From positions 672,001 to 736,000 of the forward strand of contig OZ253462.1 in the NCBI GenBank assembly GCA_965261395.1: a stretch of 64,000 bases of DNA. The letters run 5' to 3'. The notes under the pieces are model-generated. The model did not search any database, had not been told where the DNA came from, and worked only from the letters and a program-made list of their open reading frames with translations. Every line of letters begins with the position of its first letter. The stretch's first letter is position 1. A program made the position numbers and the translations under genes. Source of the stretch: Candidatus Latescibacterota bacterium. Lineage in GTDB: Bacteria > Latescibacterota > UBA2968 > UBA8231. Below, one piece after another: positions 19,960 through 29,754 of this stretch.

Positions 19960-20203
19960 ATCTCCGCCGCTAGCGACAGCCCATCTTACGCTTTTTGTGG
20001 GCCTGCTTTCGCTGCCGTCTCCAACGAAAAAACATATAGCCGTCGCGCTGTCGGTCGCGTAACTTGCTGACTGAGAGGAGGCTGGGGACGGGGCCGCCTG
20101 CTCGGCGAATTTTCACGTTTTCTGCCCTCGGTGCATAGTGCTTTCTCCCTTTGCCACAGCGCGAAAAAGGCGCTTCCACTAAACGCCCCGTAAAGGAGGC
20201 GTC

Positions 20204-21142
20204 ATGGGCCTAGAAAAAAACTGCTGTCCCCGCCGCCGTTGGGGCAAGACCGAGCTTTCCATACCCGTGATCCCATTCGGGACGCAAGGCTTTGGCGGTC
20301 ATTTCGGGCCGGTCAACGACGAAGAAGCCATGGCCCTGATGCGCCGGGCCGTCGATTTGGGCGTCAATCACTTCGACTGCGCCCGCTGCTACGGCGACTC
20401 GCTGCACAAGCTGGGTCGAGCGATCAAGGAAGGCGTCATCGCCCGCAACGAGATCATCATCAGCGGGCGCGTATGCTGCCACAGTGCCGCCGCGTGGGGC
20501 GGCTACGGCGAGGGGCGGCCCGACTACTCGGCGGCGCGGGCCTTGGCCGATGTTGAAGACCAGCTAGCAATTTTGGGGATCGAGAAATTCGACGTGCTTT
20601 TCCTCCACGACCCGCACGAGATAGAACCGACCCTTGAGGCGGGCGGCGCGCTCGAAGGACTGGAAAGGGTGCGCCAGCAGGGTGCCGTGGACTTCATCGG
20701 CTATGGCATGAGGCCCCACGACTTTCACCTCGCGCACATTGCTTCGGGCCGCACCAACGCGATGCTGTGCTTCAACGACTACAACTTGCTCCGGCAGAGC
20801 GCCGCCGACGCTATCCTGCCCGCGGCCGCAGCCGCCGACCTCGGAGTACTCAACGGCTGGTCGATCATGCGCGGCTGGCTGACGGGCGTGCCGGTGGAGC
20901 ACTTTATACCACGCGACAAATGGGGCGAAGATCAGCAACGGGCCGAGGCCATGCGCTTGTGGTGCAGTGAGCAGGGCATCGACATGCTGGAGCTGACGCT
21001 GCAATTTTGCCTACGCGAGGAACGGATCCACGGCAACCCAATCGGCTCGCTAAACATCGAGCAACTAGAGCGAAACGTCGCGGCTGCCATGGCCACCGTA
21101 GCGGACGAAACCATTGCCGCATTTAGGGCCGCGGCGCTTTGA
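20204..21142 (+). CDS. Aldo/keto reductase
   Basis: RRWGKTEL, GVNHFDCARCYG, DVLFLHDP; AAGGAGG RBS. Confidence 0.85.
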   Translation: MGLEKNCCPRRRWGKTELSIPVIPFGTQGFGGHFGPVNDEEAMALMRRAVDLGVNHFDCARCYGDSLHKLGRAIKEGVIARNEIIISGRVCCHSAAAWGGYGEGRPDYSAARALADVEDQLAILGIEKFDVLFLHDPHEIEPTLEAGGALEGLERVRQQGAVDFIGYGMRPHDFHLAHIASGRTNAMLCFNDYNLLRQSAADAILPAAAAADLGVLNGWSIMRGWLTGVPVEHFIPRDKWGEDQQRAEAMRLWCSEQGIDMLELTLQFCLREERIHGNPIGSLNIEQLERNVAAAMATVADETIAAFRAAAL

Positions 21143-21160
21143 ACAGGAGTAACCACGCGC

Positions 21161-21931
21161 ATGAGCGCTGCTGAAGAGTACTACGCGCAGACGATGGAGC
21201 TGTTGCAACGTCTGCGCGATACGCAAATGGACTCTATAGACCGGGCCGCCGAAATCTGCACCGAGAGCATTGCCAACGGCGGGTTGGTTTTTCTCTTTGG
21301 CGCTGGGCACTCGCGGATGATGTGCGAGGAAATGACGCCACGCCAGGGATGTTTCGTGGGCTTTTTTGCGTTGGTCGAGCTAGCGGTATCGACCCATGCG
21401 TCGATCGTCGGCACCAACGGATTGCGCGGGCCGCTCTTTTTGGAGAAGTACGAAGGCTACGCCGAGGAGATTCTCCAAGGATTCGAGTTCGGGCCGCACG
21501 ATGTCTTTATCTTGATTTCGACCAGCGGCATTCGGCCCTTGATCGTCGAAATGGCCATGGGCGCTAAAGCGCGGGGCTTGCCCGTGATTGCCATGCTGTC
21601 GAAGCCGCACGGCGACCAGTCGCCGCCCGCGCACTCGTCGGGCCAGAAGCTGATGGATCTGGCCGACGTCGTCCTCGACAACCAATGTCCGCCGGGAGAC
21701 TGCGTGCTCGAACTAGAGGGGTTGGAGTGGCGGACCGGGCCGGTATCGACGGTGACCGGCTCGATGATGATGAATATGCTGCGCTGCGAAGTGGCCGAGC
21801 GGTTGTTGGCGCGGGGGATCAAGCCGGAGCTATTGCCGAGCCATCAGTTTGTGGGCAATACAAGTGCAGAAGAGCAGCTAGAGCGGTTTTACGAGGGCTA
21901 CCGCAAGAGCCTTAAGCATTTGTACGCGTAG
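21161..21931 (+). CDS. SIS-domain sugar isomerase family protein
   Basis: FGAGHS, ISTSG, ADVVLDN, GPVST. Confidence 0.85.
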   Translation: MSAAEEYYAQTMELLQRLRDTQMDSIDRAAEICTESIANGGLVFLFGAGHSRMMCEEMTPRQGCFVGFFALVELAVSTHASIVGTNGLRGPLFLEKYEGYAEEILQGFEFGPHDVFILISTSGIRPLIVEMAMGAKARGLPVIAMLSKPHGDQSPPAHSSGQKLMDLADVVLDNQCPPGDCVLELEGLEWRTGPVSTVTGSMMMNMLRCEVAERLLARGIKPELLPSHQFVGNTSAEEQLERFYEGYRKSLKHLYA

Positions 21932-21982
21932 TAATCGATTCTCTTTCCAACGCCTCATTTGCAAACCCCCTTCCACTGAACC

Positions 21983-22762
21983 GTGGGCACTCTCGAAAAC
22001 AAGGTTTGTCTAATTACCGGCTCTACCGGCATCGCCGAGGCCACGGCTCTGCACGCGGCCGAGGAAGGGGCCAAGGTGTTCGTCACCTCGCGCACGGAAG
22101 ACCATTGTAGGGAACTCGCCGAAAAATTGGGTGACCAGGGGGCGCATCTGGCAGCCGACCTGACGCAGCAGGAACAGGTCGCCGCAGCCGTGGGGGCCTG
22201 CGTGGAGCAGTGGGGGCGGATCGATGGGTTGTTCAATGTGGCGGGGATCAGCGGGCGGCGCTTTGGCGATGGGCCGCTGCACGAGTGTACTGAGGAAGGG
22301 TGGGACGCGACGCTGGATGCCAACGCCAAAAGCATGTTTTTGATGTGTCGCGCCGTGCTGCAACAGATGTTGACCCAAAAAGTTCGCGCAGACGGAGCGC
22401 GGGGGGCGATCCTCAACATGGCCAGTGTGTTGGCCTTTTCACCGGAGCGAAAGTTTTTTGCCTCGCACGCCTATGCGGCCAGCAAGGGGGCCATTGTGTC
22501 GCTGAGCAAGGCTATGGCCAGCTACTACGCGCCGCATGGGATTCGGGTCAATGCCATTGCGCCGGCGCTGGTGGAAACGCCCATGAGCCAGCGGGCTGGA
22601 GAAAACGCGGAAATCATGGCGTTTATGCGTGACAAGCAGCCGCTCGGGGCGATGATGAGTGCGGCGGACGTGGCGGGGATGGCGGTCTTTTTGTTGGGGG
22701 ACCGAGCGCGGGCGATTACCGGAACCGTGGCGACCGTGGATGCAGGTTGGTGTGTGAGCTAA
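21983..22762 (+). CDS. SDR family oxidoreductase
   Basis: TGSTGIA, NVAG, YAASKG, IRVNAIAP. Confidence 0.9.
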   Translation: MGTLENKVCLITGSTGIAEATALHAAEEGAKVFVTSRTEDHCRELAEKLGDQGAHLAADLTQQEQVAAAVGACVEQWGRIDGLFNVAGISGRRFGDGPLHECTEEGWDATLDANAKSMFLMCRAVLQQMLTQKVRADGARGAILNMASVLAFSPERKFFASHAYAASKGAIVSLSKAMASYYAPHGIRVNAIAPALVETPMSQRAGENAEIMAFMRDKQPLGAMMSAADVAGMAVFLLGDRARAITGTVATVDAGWCVS

Positions 22763-22776
22763 CGCAAGGAGGGCGC

Positions 22777-23754
22777 ATGAAAGAATACGTCATTGGCTTT
22801 GACGTGGGCGGCACCCGGGTCAAAAGCGGCGCGGTGACTCGGCGCGGGCGAATGCTCGCACCGGGGATCAATCCGTCGGGTTTTGCGCTGGGCATGGGCA
22901 ATCTGCTCAAGACGCTCAAGGAGGAGGTCGCGCGGATTTCCCAGAAGTTGGGTGGCAAGCCGCAGGCGCTCGGCTTGGGCTTTCCCGGAGCCGTGGATCC
23001 CGAGGTCGGCGTGGTGTACATGCCGGGCAAAATTAAAGGGCTGGAAGGCTATCCCATTGTCAAACGGCTGGCCAAGGTCACGGGGATTCCAGTCATCGCC
23101 GACAACGACGGCCGCATCTCGATCTACGCCGAGCGCTACTACGGCCTAGCGCGGGATGTGGACTGGGCGGTGACCATCACCATCGGCACGGGCGTCGGCT
23201 CCGGGGCCTTGCTCGATGGCAAAATTCTGCGCGACCCGCATCTCCAGTTCGGGACGCAGATGAGTCATATCGTCATGCAAGCCCTCGGCGGGCGACTGTG
23301 CCTGACCAACGCGCGGGGCACCGCCGAGATGATGTGCTCGGCCACGGCGCTGACTCAGCAGGTGCGGGATGGGCTGGCGCGCGGCATTCCCTCGGTCTTG
23401 AGCGACCAGTACTTCAAAGATCCCAGCTCGATTGATTTCAAGGCCGCGATCCGCGGCGTCAAGCGCCAAGACCGGCTCTGTCTTGACGAGCTGGAGCACT
23501 GGACCCGCAACTTGGGCTGGCTGCTGGTGAGCGCGGTACACGTGTACGCTCCCCAGCGGATCATCCTCAGCGGCGGGGCGACCAATGCGGCCGAGCATTT
23601 TCTTGAACCACTGCAAAAGCAAGTTGACAGCCACTTATTCCGCCATCCAGCGGGCGCAGGCGTGCCGATTGTATTATCCAAGCTGCGCGATCACGCCGGC
23701 GTTTTGGGGACGGCGGCAATCGCTTGGGAAAAGGCGGATGGAGAAAAGACGTGA
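22777..23754 (+). CDS. ROK family sugar kinase
   Basis: GFDVGGT, GFPG, DNDG, TIGTGVGSG, IILSGG. Confidence 0.85.
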   Translation: MKEYVIGFDVGGTRVKSGAVTRRGRMLAPGINPSGFALGMGNLLKTLKEEVARISQKLGGKPQALGLGFPGAVDPEVGVVYMPGKIKGLEGYPIVKRLAKVTGIPVIADNDGRISIYAERYYGLARDVDWAVTITIGTGVGSGALLDGKILRDPHLQFGTQMSHIVMQALGGRLCLTNARGTAEMMCSATALTQQVRDGLARGIPSVLSDQYFKDPSSIDFKAAIRGVKRQDRLCLDELEHWTRNLGWLLVSAVHVYAPQRIILSGGATNAAEHFLEPLQKQVDSHLFRHPAGAGVPIVLSKLRDHAGVLGTAAIAWEKADGEKT

Positions 23755-24779
23755 AAGAACAACCCCTGCGCACCACCGTTATCGGCTCCTACCCTTTCCC
23801 GAGCTGGCTCGAATACGCGGCTGAGCATCTAGCGGCCTTCGGGCCGGACGATATTGCCGAGATGCAAGACGACGCGGTCGTTGCCGCGCTCGGCGACCAA
23901 GTGCGTGCCGGGTTGGACGTCGTCACCGACGGCGAGCAGACTCGCTTTGACTTCAACCTCTCCTTTTACGGCTATCTCGAAGGCATCGACCTAGAGTCCG
24001 CACCGCCCAGGCACTTCGGCCCGCCCGCCCACGATCAGCGGGGGCGTCACGCAATCACTGGACCGCTGCAAGCGCCGCACGGTTTGGGCGCAGTGGAGGA
24101 GTTTGCGCGGCTCAAGCGGCTAGCACCAGCAGGGCCGACGCTCAAGGCCAGTGTGCCGGGGCCTTATACGTTGAGCGGACGGCTGGTGCCCAACGATCAG
24201 TACCCGGACCGCTGGGCAGTGACCGAGGCGCTGTTGCCGATTGTGCGGCGCGAGCTGGAGGCGCTCTGTGCGGCGGGTTGCACGGAGCTGACCGTCGATG
24301 AGCCGTCGATGAGTTGCTATGCCCACCGCGAGGATCCAGCGCGCTTCGTCGATATCTTCAACCGCACGGTTGAATCCGTCGCTGGGCAGTGCCGACTCTC
24401 GACCCATCTGTGCTTTGGCAACTACAAGGGCCGCGCCGTGGGGTTGCGCCGCTACGCGCCCATGTTCCCGGCCTTCCTGGACATGCAGGTCGATGAGATG
24501 CACGTCGAAATGGCCAGCCGCGAGTTTGCCGAGTTGGAGATTATCGGCCCGATCGCCGCAAAGATGGACGTGGCCGTGGGGATCATCGACGTCAAGAGCT
24601 ACTACATTGAAACCGCAGAGGACATCGCGGCGCGGGTGGAGGCGTGCTTGGAGTATGCCCCGGCCGACAGGCTCTCTTTCGCGCCCGATTGCGGGCTGAG
24701 CCAAACGGCGCGCTGGGCAGCGAAGCAAAAGCTGGAGAACATGGTGGCTGGGGTGCGCGCCGTGCGAGAGAAGCTATAG
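23751..24779 (+). CDS. Cobalamin-independent methionine synthase-like protein (single catalytic domain)
   Basis: TTVIGSYP, GLDVVTDGEQTR, VDEP, HLCFGN, PDCGL Zn ligands; GTGA overlap with the ROK gene. Confidence 0.85.
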   Translation: MKEQPLRTTVIGSYPFPSWLEYAAEHLAAFGPDDIAEMQDDAVVAALGDQVRAGLDVVTDGEQTRFDFNLSFYGYLEGIDLESAPPRHFGPPAHDQRGRHAITGPLQAPHGLGAVEEFARLKRLAPAGPTLKASVPGPYTLSGRLVPNDQYPDRWAVTEALLPIVRRELEALCAAGCTELTVDEPSMSCYAHREDPARFVDIFNRTVESVAGQCRLSTHLCFGNYKGRAVGLRRYAPMFPAFLDMQVDEMHVEMASREFAELEIIGPIAAKMDVAVGIIDVKSYYIETAEDIAARVEACLEYAPADRLSFAPDCGLSQTARWAAKQKLENMVAGVRAVREKL

Positions 24780-24832
24780 CAATCCTGAATGACTTGAACG
24801 ATTCGAGCTGCGGATCGTCTTGTGCATACTAT

Positions 24833-24859
24833 TCTGCGTCCATCTGCGTCCATCTGCGG
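24833..24859. repeat. 10-bp tandem repeat
   Basis: TCTGCGTCCA TCTGCGTCCA TCTGCGG in intergenic DNA. Confidence 0.7.
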
Positions 24860-24930
24860 ATTATCTTTGAATGATGTAGGATTGCTGTAGGAGTTGACGC
24901 TGGTCGAAGATTGCCAACGCGGAGGAAGAA

Positions 24931-25908
24931 ATGAGCTATAAACCAGTGGCTGCCCAGCGGCCCAATCGCTACAAAGTCTCCACGGCGGAATACGCCCAGT
25001 ACCAGAAACAAGGATTCCTCGTTGTCGAGCGCTTGGTCGATATGGAGGAAGTGGAAGAACTCAAAGCGCATGTCATGGCCATGCTCAAGGGCCAAATCGA
25101 CGTTCCCGGCCAAGAGCCTCCGGCCCCGGAGGCGACGGATGCGGAGTTGGTGCAGCGTTTCACGCGAGTGCATCAACTGCACCGTTGGGACGCCACCTGC
25201 GAGCGCTTTTTGCTGCACCCGCGCATCTTGGACGTTTTGGAGGCGCTCATCGGGCCGGATGTGCTGGCTTTGCAGACCATGCAGTTTTTCAACGCGCCGG
25301 GCATGGGCGGACAGGGTTGGCACCAAGATTCCTATTATATCACGACCTACCCGGACACCCTCATCGGCGCTTGGTTGGCCTTGGAGCGGGCCGACGAGGA
25401 GAACGGCTGTCTGTGGGTCGCGCCCGGCTCAAACCACGAGCCTATTTATCCCGATGAAGGCCGGGGACACCTAGTCCACGCCGAAGGGGCCTTTGACGAA
25501 ATTGAGGTTGTAGAGGGGATTAGCCATCTCGACGACGAGGTCAATACGCTGTCGGGAGTGGCGCGGCGCTACGGAGACGCGGTGCCGGTGGTGGTGGAAG
25601 CCGGCGATGTAGTGTTCTTCCATCCGCATCTCCTGCATCGCTCTCATCCCAATCAGTCGCCCGATCGCTGGCGTCGGGCTTTTGTCAGCCACTACTGCAA
25701 TGCCCGCTCGTGGGTACCGTGGAACCACGGGGCGGCCTATGAGGGACCGGCGGCTAATTACAAACACATTCTAGCGCGGGGGCGGACCCATCTGCCCTTT
25801 GCCCAGCCCGCCTTCGGCACGCCGTGCGCGGCGTCGGCAGCCGATGCGAACGGCGCTCCCGAGCGCATGGTGGCGAGCGGGGGCGATATGGAGAAGCAGG
25901 AGGCCTAG
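24931..25908 (+). CDS. PhyH family protein
   Basis: WHQD, ENGCLWVAPGS, AGDVVFFH...LHRS, RRA. Confidence 0.9.
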   Translation: MSYKPVAAQRPNRYKVSTAEYAQYQKQGFLVVERLVDMEEVEELKAHVMAMLKGQIDVPGQEPPAPEATDAELVQRFTRVHQLHRWDATCERFLLHPRILDVLEALIGPDVLALQTMQFFNAPGMGGQGWHQDSYYITTYPDTLIGAWLALERADEENGCLWVAPGSNHEPIYPDEGRGHLVHAEGAFDEIEVVEGISHLDDEVNTLSGVARRYGDAVPVVVEAGDVVFFHPHLLHRSHPNQSPDRWRRAFVSHYCNARSWVPWNHGAAYEGPAANYKHILARGRTHLPFAQPAFGTPCAASAADANGAPERMVASGGDMEKQEA

Positions 25909-26711
25909 GGCTTGTGATCCGTGTCGATGGGCGCTTCGTCCTTATCTAAGAAGCGCTCGGCGGTATTGTGGGTCGCCGGGCTGGTGCGGAAATCGGCGAT
26001 CCAAGGCTGGCGGAAATAAGCCTGCTTTTCGCGCGGCAGACTGTGCAGCACCACCGGGGGGATCTTCAGCCGGTGCCAGTGGGTAGCCAGATGCGAATAG
26101 GCGTTTAGTACGGTGACGCGCGGGGTGTCGCGGTTCCACACCGGTCCAGCGTGGCACAAGTTCTCAGTGAAAAAAACCGCGCTGCCGGCCGGGCAGGCGT
26201 ACGTGGTGAGGAAGGGACTGCGCTTGCCCTCTTCCAGCGACCGATGGTCTTCGTGGATGGGGAATTCCGACTTGTGGCTGCCGATTAAGAAATGGGTGCT
26301 CTGGTCTTCTAGCGCGATATCGGTCAATTCAAAAATAACCCGCACCATACCGGCGTGGATGCGCCCGTTTTTCACCCGGTAGCCAAAAATGGGATCGGCT
26401 TGCCCAGGGCCGCCCCCGTGCAGCGCGCCGTGCTCCTCGCCCTTTTTGCGCCAGACGCAGCTACAGCCTTCCAGCCGGATATCGGGCCCGATCACTTCGC
26501 GAATCACATCGACCACTTGGGGATGATCGATTAGTACACTGGCCGGGCCGCCGGGCACGTCGCGGTGCTCGGGCGGCAGCGATTGGGGGTCGTGTTTGAT
26601 GCGGTCGATCTGATCGACAATAGCGGCGACTTCGGCTGGCTCTAAGATGGCGGGGCGCACCAAAAAGCCGGTGAGGTCAAAGCGGAAGCGTTCTTCTTCG
26701 GTCATGGCCAT
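25905..26711 (-). CDS. PhyH family protein, HxG variant
   Basis: EERFRFDLTGFL, LHGGG, IGSHKS, AGSAVFFTENLCHAG. Confidence 0.8.
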   Translation of the reverse strand: MAMTEEERFRFDLTGFLVRPAILEPAEVAAIVDQIDRIKHDPQSLPPEHRDVPGGPASVLIDHPQVVDVIREVIGPDIRLEGCSCVWRKKGEEHGALHGGGPGQADPIFGYRVKNGRIHAGMVRVIFELTDIALEDQSTHFLIGSHKSEFPIHEDHRSLEEGKRSPFLTTYACPAGSAVFFTENLCHAGPVWNRDTPRVTVLNAYSHLATHWHRLKIPPVVLHSLPREKQAYFRQPWIADFRTSPATHNTAERFLDKDEAPIDTDHKP

Positions 26712-26777
26712 GGGAATATCTCTCGTCTGGTGAGTATAGGAGACGGGCCGGTCTTGTGCAGCCGAGGACCGCCAGCC

Positions 26778-27911
26778 TCAGTTGACCCCCTGCATGAGGC
26801 GTTGGGTGATGGAGCCTTCCTGGGTCAGGACATAGACGACCACGTTGACCGCCATCTGATTGTAGCGTGGGTTGCTGCCCCAGCCTACGTTGTCGATGCC
26901 GACCATCCGGCCGCGGATGAAGTACCCATTGACAATGTCCCTCCAGTCAACTAGGCCCCCAGTACCGCCCTTCAGCGCGAAAAAGGCATTGAAAACGGGA
27001 TGGTCCAAGGGCAGGCGTTCTTTCCAGAAATCATACCCGTCCACTAAGCCGCCGTACTTTACCAAGGCTTCGCGATGGTAACCTCCCAGAACGAAGCCCC
27101 CGGACAGCATATAGCGGGCATAGTTTTCCATCTCGCTCTCGTTGAGGGATCCTTGGGGGATGAGAATGGGCAGTTCGAGTAGGCGTTTGTCGTCGTAGGT
27201 GATCGTGCCGATAAACTCGGCTTCGAGTCCGGTGTACTCATTGATAACGTCGCACAAAGCATCAATTGAGCGCAGATTCAAATTGCTGTAGCCTTGTATT
27301 TGATCGGTAACGCCGCGAGCCGAAATCACATGGGCTATCTTGATGAAGCCCTTGACCGCTTGGGGATCGCTGGCGTTCTGGACGACCATGGCCCGGTAGC
27401 GGCCGGTGTCCATGCTGTTGACATCGAGCATCTCCAAGGCCATGTCGATTTTGTGCTCCGGAGTCCGCGTGCTGGTCACCGAGGTGGAGACGAGCTTGGG
27501 CTCGAGTACAAAGCTGTTCGCGGTGCCATCGGTAATCGGCTTGAACAAGCTAATGCCCGAGTTGCCGACGTGGCTGGAAATCAACGAGCGGACATTGAAG
27601 TTGGTCGTGGCCTGCACTTGATCTAGGCGGGCGGCGGCCAAGTGGACTTGGCGGTGGGCTAGTTGGCGCTTGGGCTTGGGGATTCTGCGCAGTTCTAAGG
27701 GTTTGGTCAAGCGGGGTTCGCGTTTGATGAATTTGGTGCTGAGCGGCCGAGGGGCTTTGGTCTCGACTTGTTGGAAGGGATTGAGAGCGACAAAAGCCAA
27801 CGCGAGGCCGACGGCTAGTGCCAAAGACAGGAAAAGGCCACGGCGCTGGCGACGGACCAATTCGGCGAGGTCGAAACCGGAAGCAGGGGAAACAAAGCGG
27901 GAAGAACTCAT
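26778..27911 (-). CDS. Membrane-anchored protein with a C-terminal DUF4159-like domain
   Basis: N-terminal TM; EMENYARYMLSGGF, LPLDHPVFNAFF, QMAVNVVVYVLT. Confidence 0.6.
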   Translation of the reverse strand: MSSSRFVSPASGFDLAELVRRQRRGLFLSLALAVGLALAFVALNPFQQVETKAPRPLSTKFIKREPRLTKPLELRRIPKPKRQLAHRQVHLAAARLDQVQATTNFNVRSLISSHVGNSGISLFKPITDGTANSFVLEPKLVSTSVTSTRTPEHKIDMALEMLDVNSMDTGRYRAMVVQNASDPQAVKGFIKIAHVISARGVTDQIQGYSNLNLRSIDALCDVINEYTGLEAEFIGTITYDDKRLLELPILIPQGSLNESEMENYARYMLSGGFVLGGYHREALVKYGGLVDGYDFWKERLPLDHPVFNAFFALKGGTGGLVDWRDIVNGYFIRGRMVGIDNVGWGSNPRYNQMAVNVVVYVLTQEGSITQRLMQGVN

Positions 27912-28204
27912 CGCGCCCTCCTAGCCGGAGGTTGAAGAGATCAGCCGACAAATGGGTGCTCAAGATACCCCAATCCACGGCTGTAATCAAGCACGGCTCA
28001 CACCAAGTTGCAGAAGTCCAACACCGGAGTTATGCAAACGAGGAACTTCTCAGCTCGGGCGAAACGCGCCAGCTATTAGGAATGTACGGGAGGCCATATT
28101 CAATAGGCCATGAGTAAGCCACTGCCCAAGGCTCGGTAGGATAGAGATGTCGGCACGCTGGCTGTGATCGTTGGGATTAATTTTGCAACTTCACGACAAT
28201 GGCA

Positions 28205-28318
28205 GGCTGCGCGGTCGTCGAGGACGAATTGCGCAAAGGGGTCGTCGCCGGCCATGAAGGCCCGACCCACGCCCAACAGGCTCTCGCCGTGGTTGGGCAG
28301 GTCAAAGCTGAAGACGAG
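28205..28318 (-). pseudogene. Fragment of an alpha/beta-hydrolase-like gene
   Basis: Manual translation LVFSFDLPNHGESLLGVGRAFMAGDDPFAQFV carries a DLPxHG motif; no start or full frame. Confidence 0.35.
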
Positions 28319-28326
28319 GATTTTTT

Positions 28327-28740
28327 ATGAGCAAAAACACACCAAACCTACCAGAGGATTACGCACGCCTCCTAGCAGATGTGAAGGAGCGCGTCCGCGC
28401 TGCCCAGTACGCAGCTCTCAAGGCGGTGAACAAGGAACTAACCGCTGGTTGCACAAATCGGTTGGACTCACAACTTGGTCATCCTCCAGCGCTGCAAGGA
28501 CCCGCTAGAGCGGGAATTCTACATCCGCAACGAATATACGTTCGACTTTCTCGCGCTGGACGACGAGTACGGCGAACGGGAACTGGAAAAAGCCCTCATT
28601 GCCCGCGTCGAGGACTTCCTGCGTGCCATGGGCGGAATGTTTGCCTTCGTTGGGAGTCAGTTCCGGCTGGAGGTGGGCGGCAAAGAGTACTTCATCGACT
28701 TGCTTTTATTCCACCGTCGTCTGCGCTGCTTGTCACCTGA
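28327..28740 (+). pseudogene. YhcG/DUF1016 PD-(D/E)XK nuclease remnant
   Basis: YARLLADVKERVRAAQ..A..AVNKEL, then in another frame LVAQIGWTHN..REFYI | EYTFDFL..ERELE..FAFVGSQ..FIDLLLFHRRLRCL; internal deletions and truncation. Confidence 0.85.
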
Positions 28741-28860
28741 TGATCGACCGAGTCGCCGTCGAAGAGCGCGCAGTTTATCCGACCAAAGCCCTCGTACTGG
28801 ACGCTAAATTTACCAGCAGTATCCATGCAATCCACACGCCCAGGTAAAAGGAAAGGACTT

Positions 28861-29673
28861 GTGAAGATCGACAAAGACGAAGGTGCTGCCAAGCGCGATT
28901 TGGGCCGGGGCTTTGAGGACCGCCGGATCGACCTAGACGTGGGGCATTTTTCCTACTGGGTGCGCCCAGGCGCCGCCCCGACTCTGGTGCTAATACCGGG
29001 CAGCTTCAATGACGCCTATGCCTTAGGGGGCATTATTGATGGACTCGATGAGAGCATGCAGTTGGCAGTCATAGAAGTGCGCGGCCACGGCGGCGGTTGG
29101 CCACCCCCGCGAGGGGGTTCAATTGAGCAATTCGCCCAAGACGCGCTGCGCGTCATTGATGAACTGGGACTCGATTGCTGCTATGTGGGTGGCCACAGCA
29201 TTGGCGGTATGATCGCCCTGGAGGTGGGCCGAGTGCAGCCGCAAAAGGTCCGGGGCATCATTTCTATGGAGGGCTGGACCAGTCACCATGTCTTGAGCGA
29301 TGCTTTTGGCGGCGATGTCTCCAGTACGCTCTCGCCGCGGCAACAAGCGCGCAATGAGGCCCTGCGTCGCCGGGTGCTGGGTCGCTGGACAGACGAGCAA
29401 ATAGCGGAATTTCGCACGTACTGGAAAAAGTGGGACGGGTACGATTTTCTCTGTCGCACCGAGTTGCCCATCTTGGAATTGTACGGCGACCGGGGCCGCA
29501 ACAGACCCAGTCTGGCCCAATTGCGCATTCCGGCGCGGGCCAATATCCAGGTCCAGTGGATGGCCCACGTATCGCACAATTTGCAGCTTGAATGCCCCGC
29601 GGCCGTAGCCCGGGCGTGCCGCGATTTTATCGCCCGGGTCGAACAACAGCAGCCCATGGCATCCGCTCCCTAG
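28861..29673 (+). CDS. Alpha/beta fold hydrolase
   Basis: LIPG, EVRGHG, GHSIGG nucleophile elbow, catalytic H in SHNL. Confidence 0.85.
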   Translation: MKIDKDEGAAKRDLGRGFEDRRIDLDVGHFSYWVRPGAAPTLVLIPGSFNDAYALGGIIDGLDESMQLAVIEVRGHGGGWPPPRGGSIEQFAQDALRVIDELGLDCCYVGGHSIGGMIALEVGRVQPQKVRGIISMEGWTSHHVLSDAFGGDVSSTLSPRQQARNEALRRRVLGRWTDEQIAEFRTYWKKWDGYDFLCRTELPILELYGDRGRNRPSLAQLRIPARANIQVQWMAHVSHNLQLECPAAVARACRDFIARVEQQQPMASAP

Positions 29674-29754
29674 TCCACGGGCCACCAGCGAATGGCTTGG
29701 ACTTGTGGCATGTATTGAAGTTGGGGGGCCTTTGCTGCCCCAATTGTGCTCCGA

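Noticed and set aside
24833-24859. CRISPR array
   Set aside because: The 10-bp units have no spacers, and I saw no repeat-spacer array or cas gene in the window.
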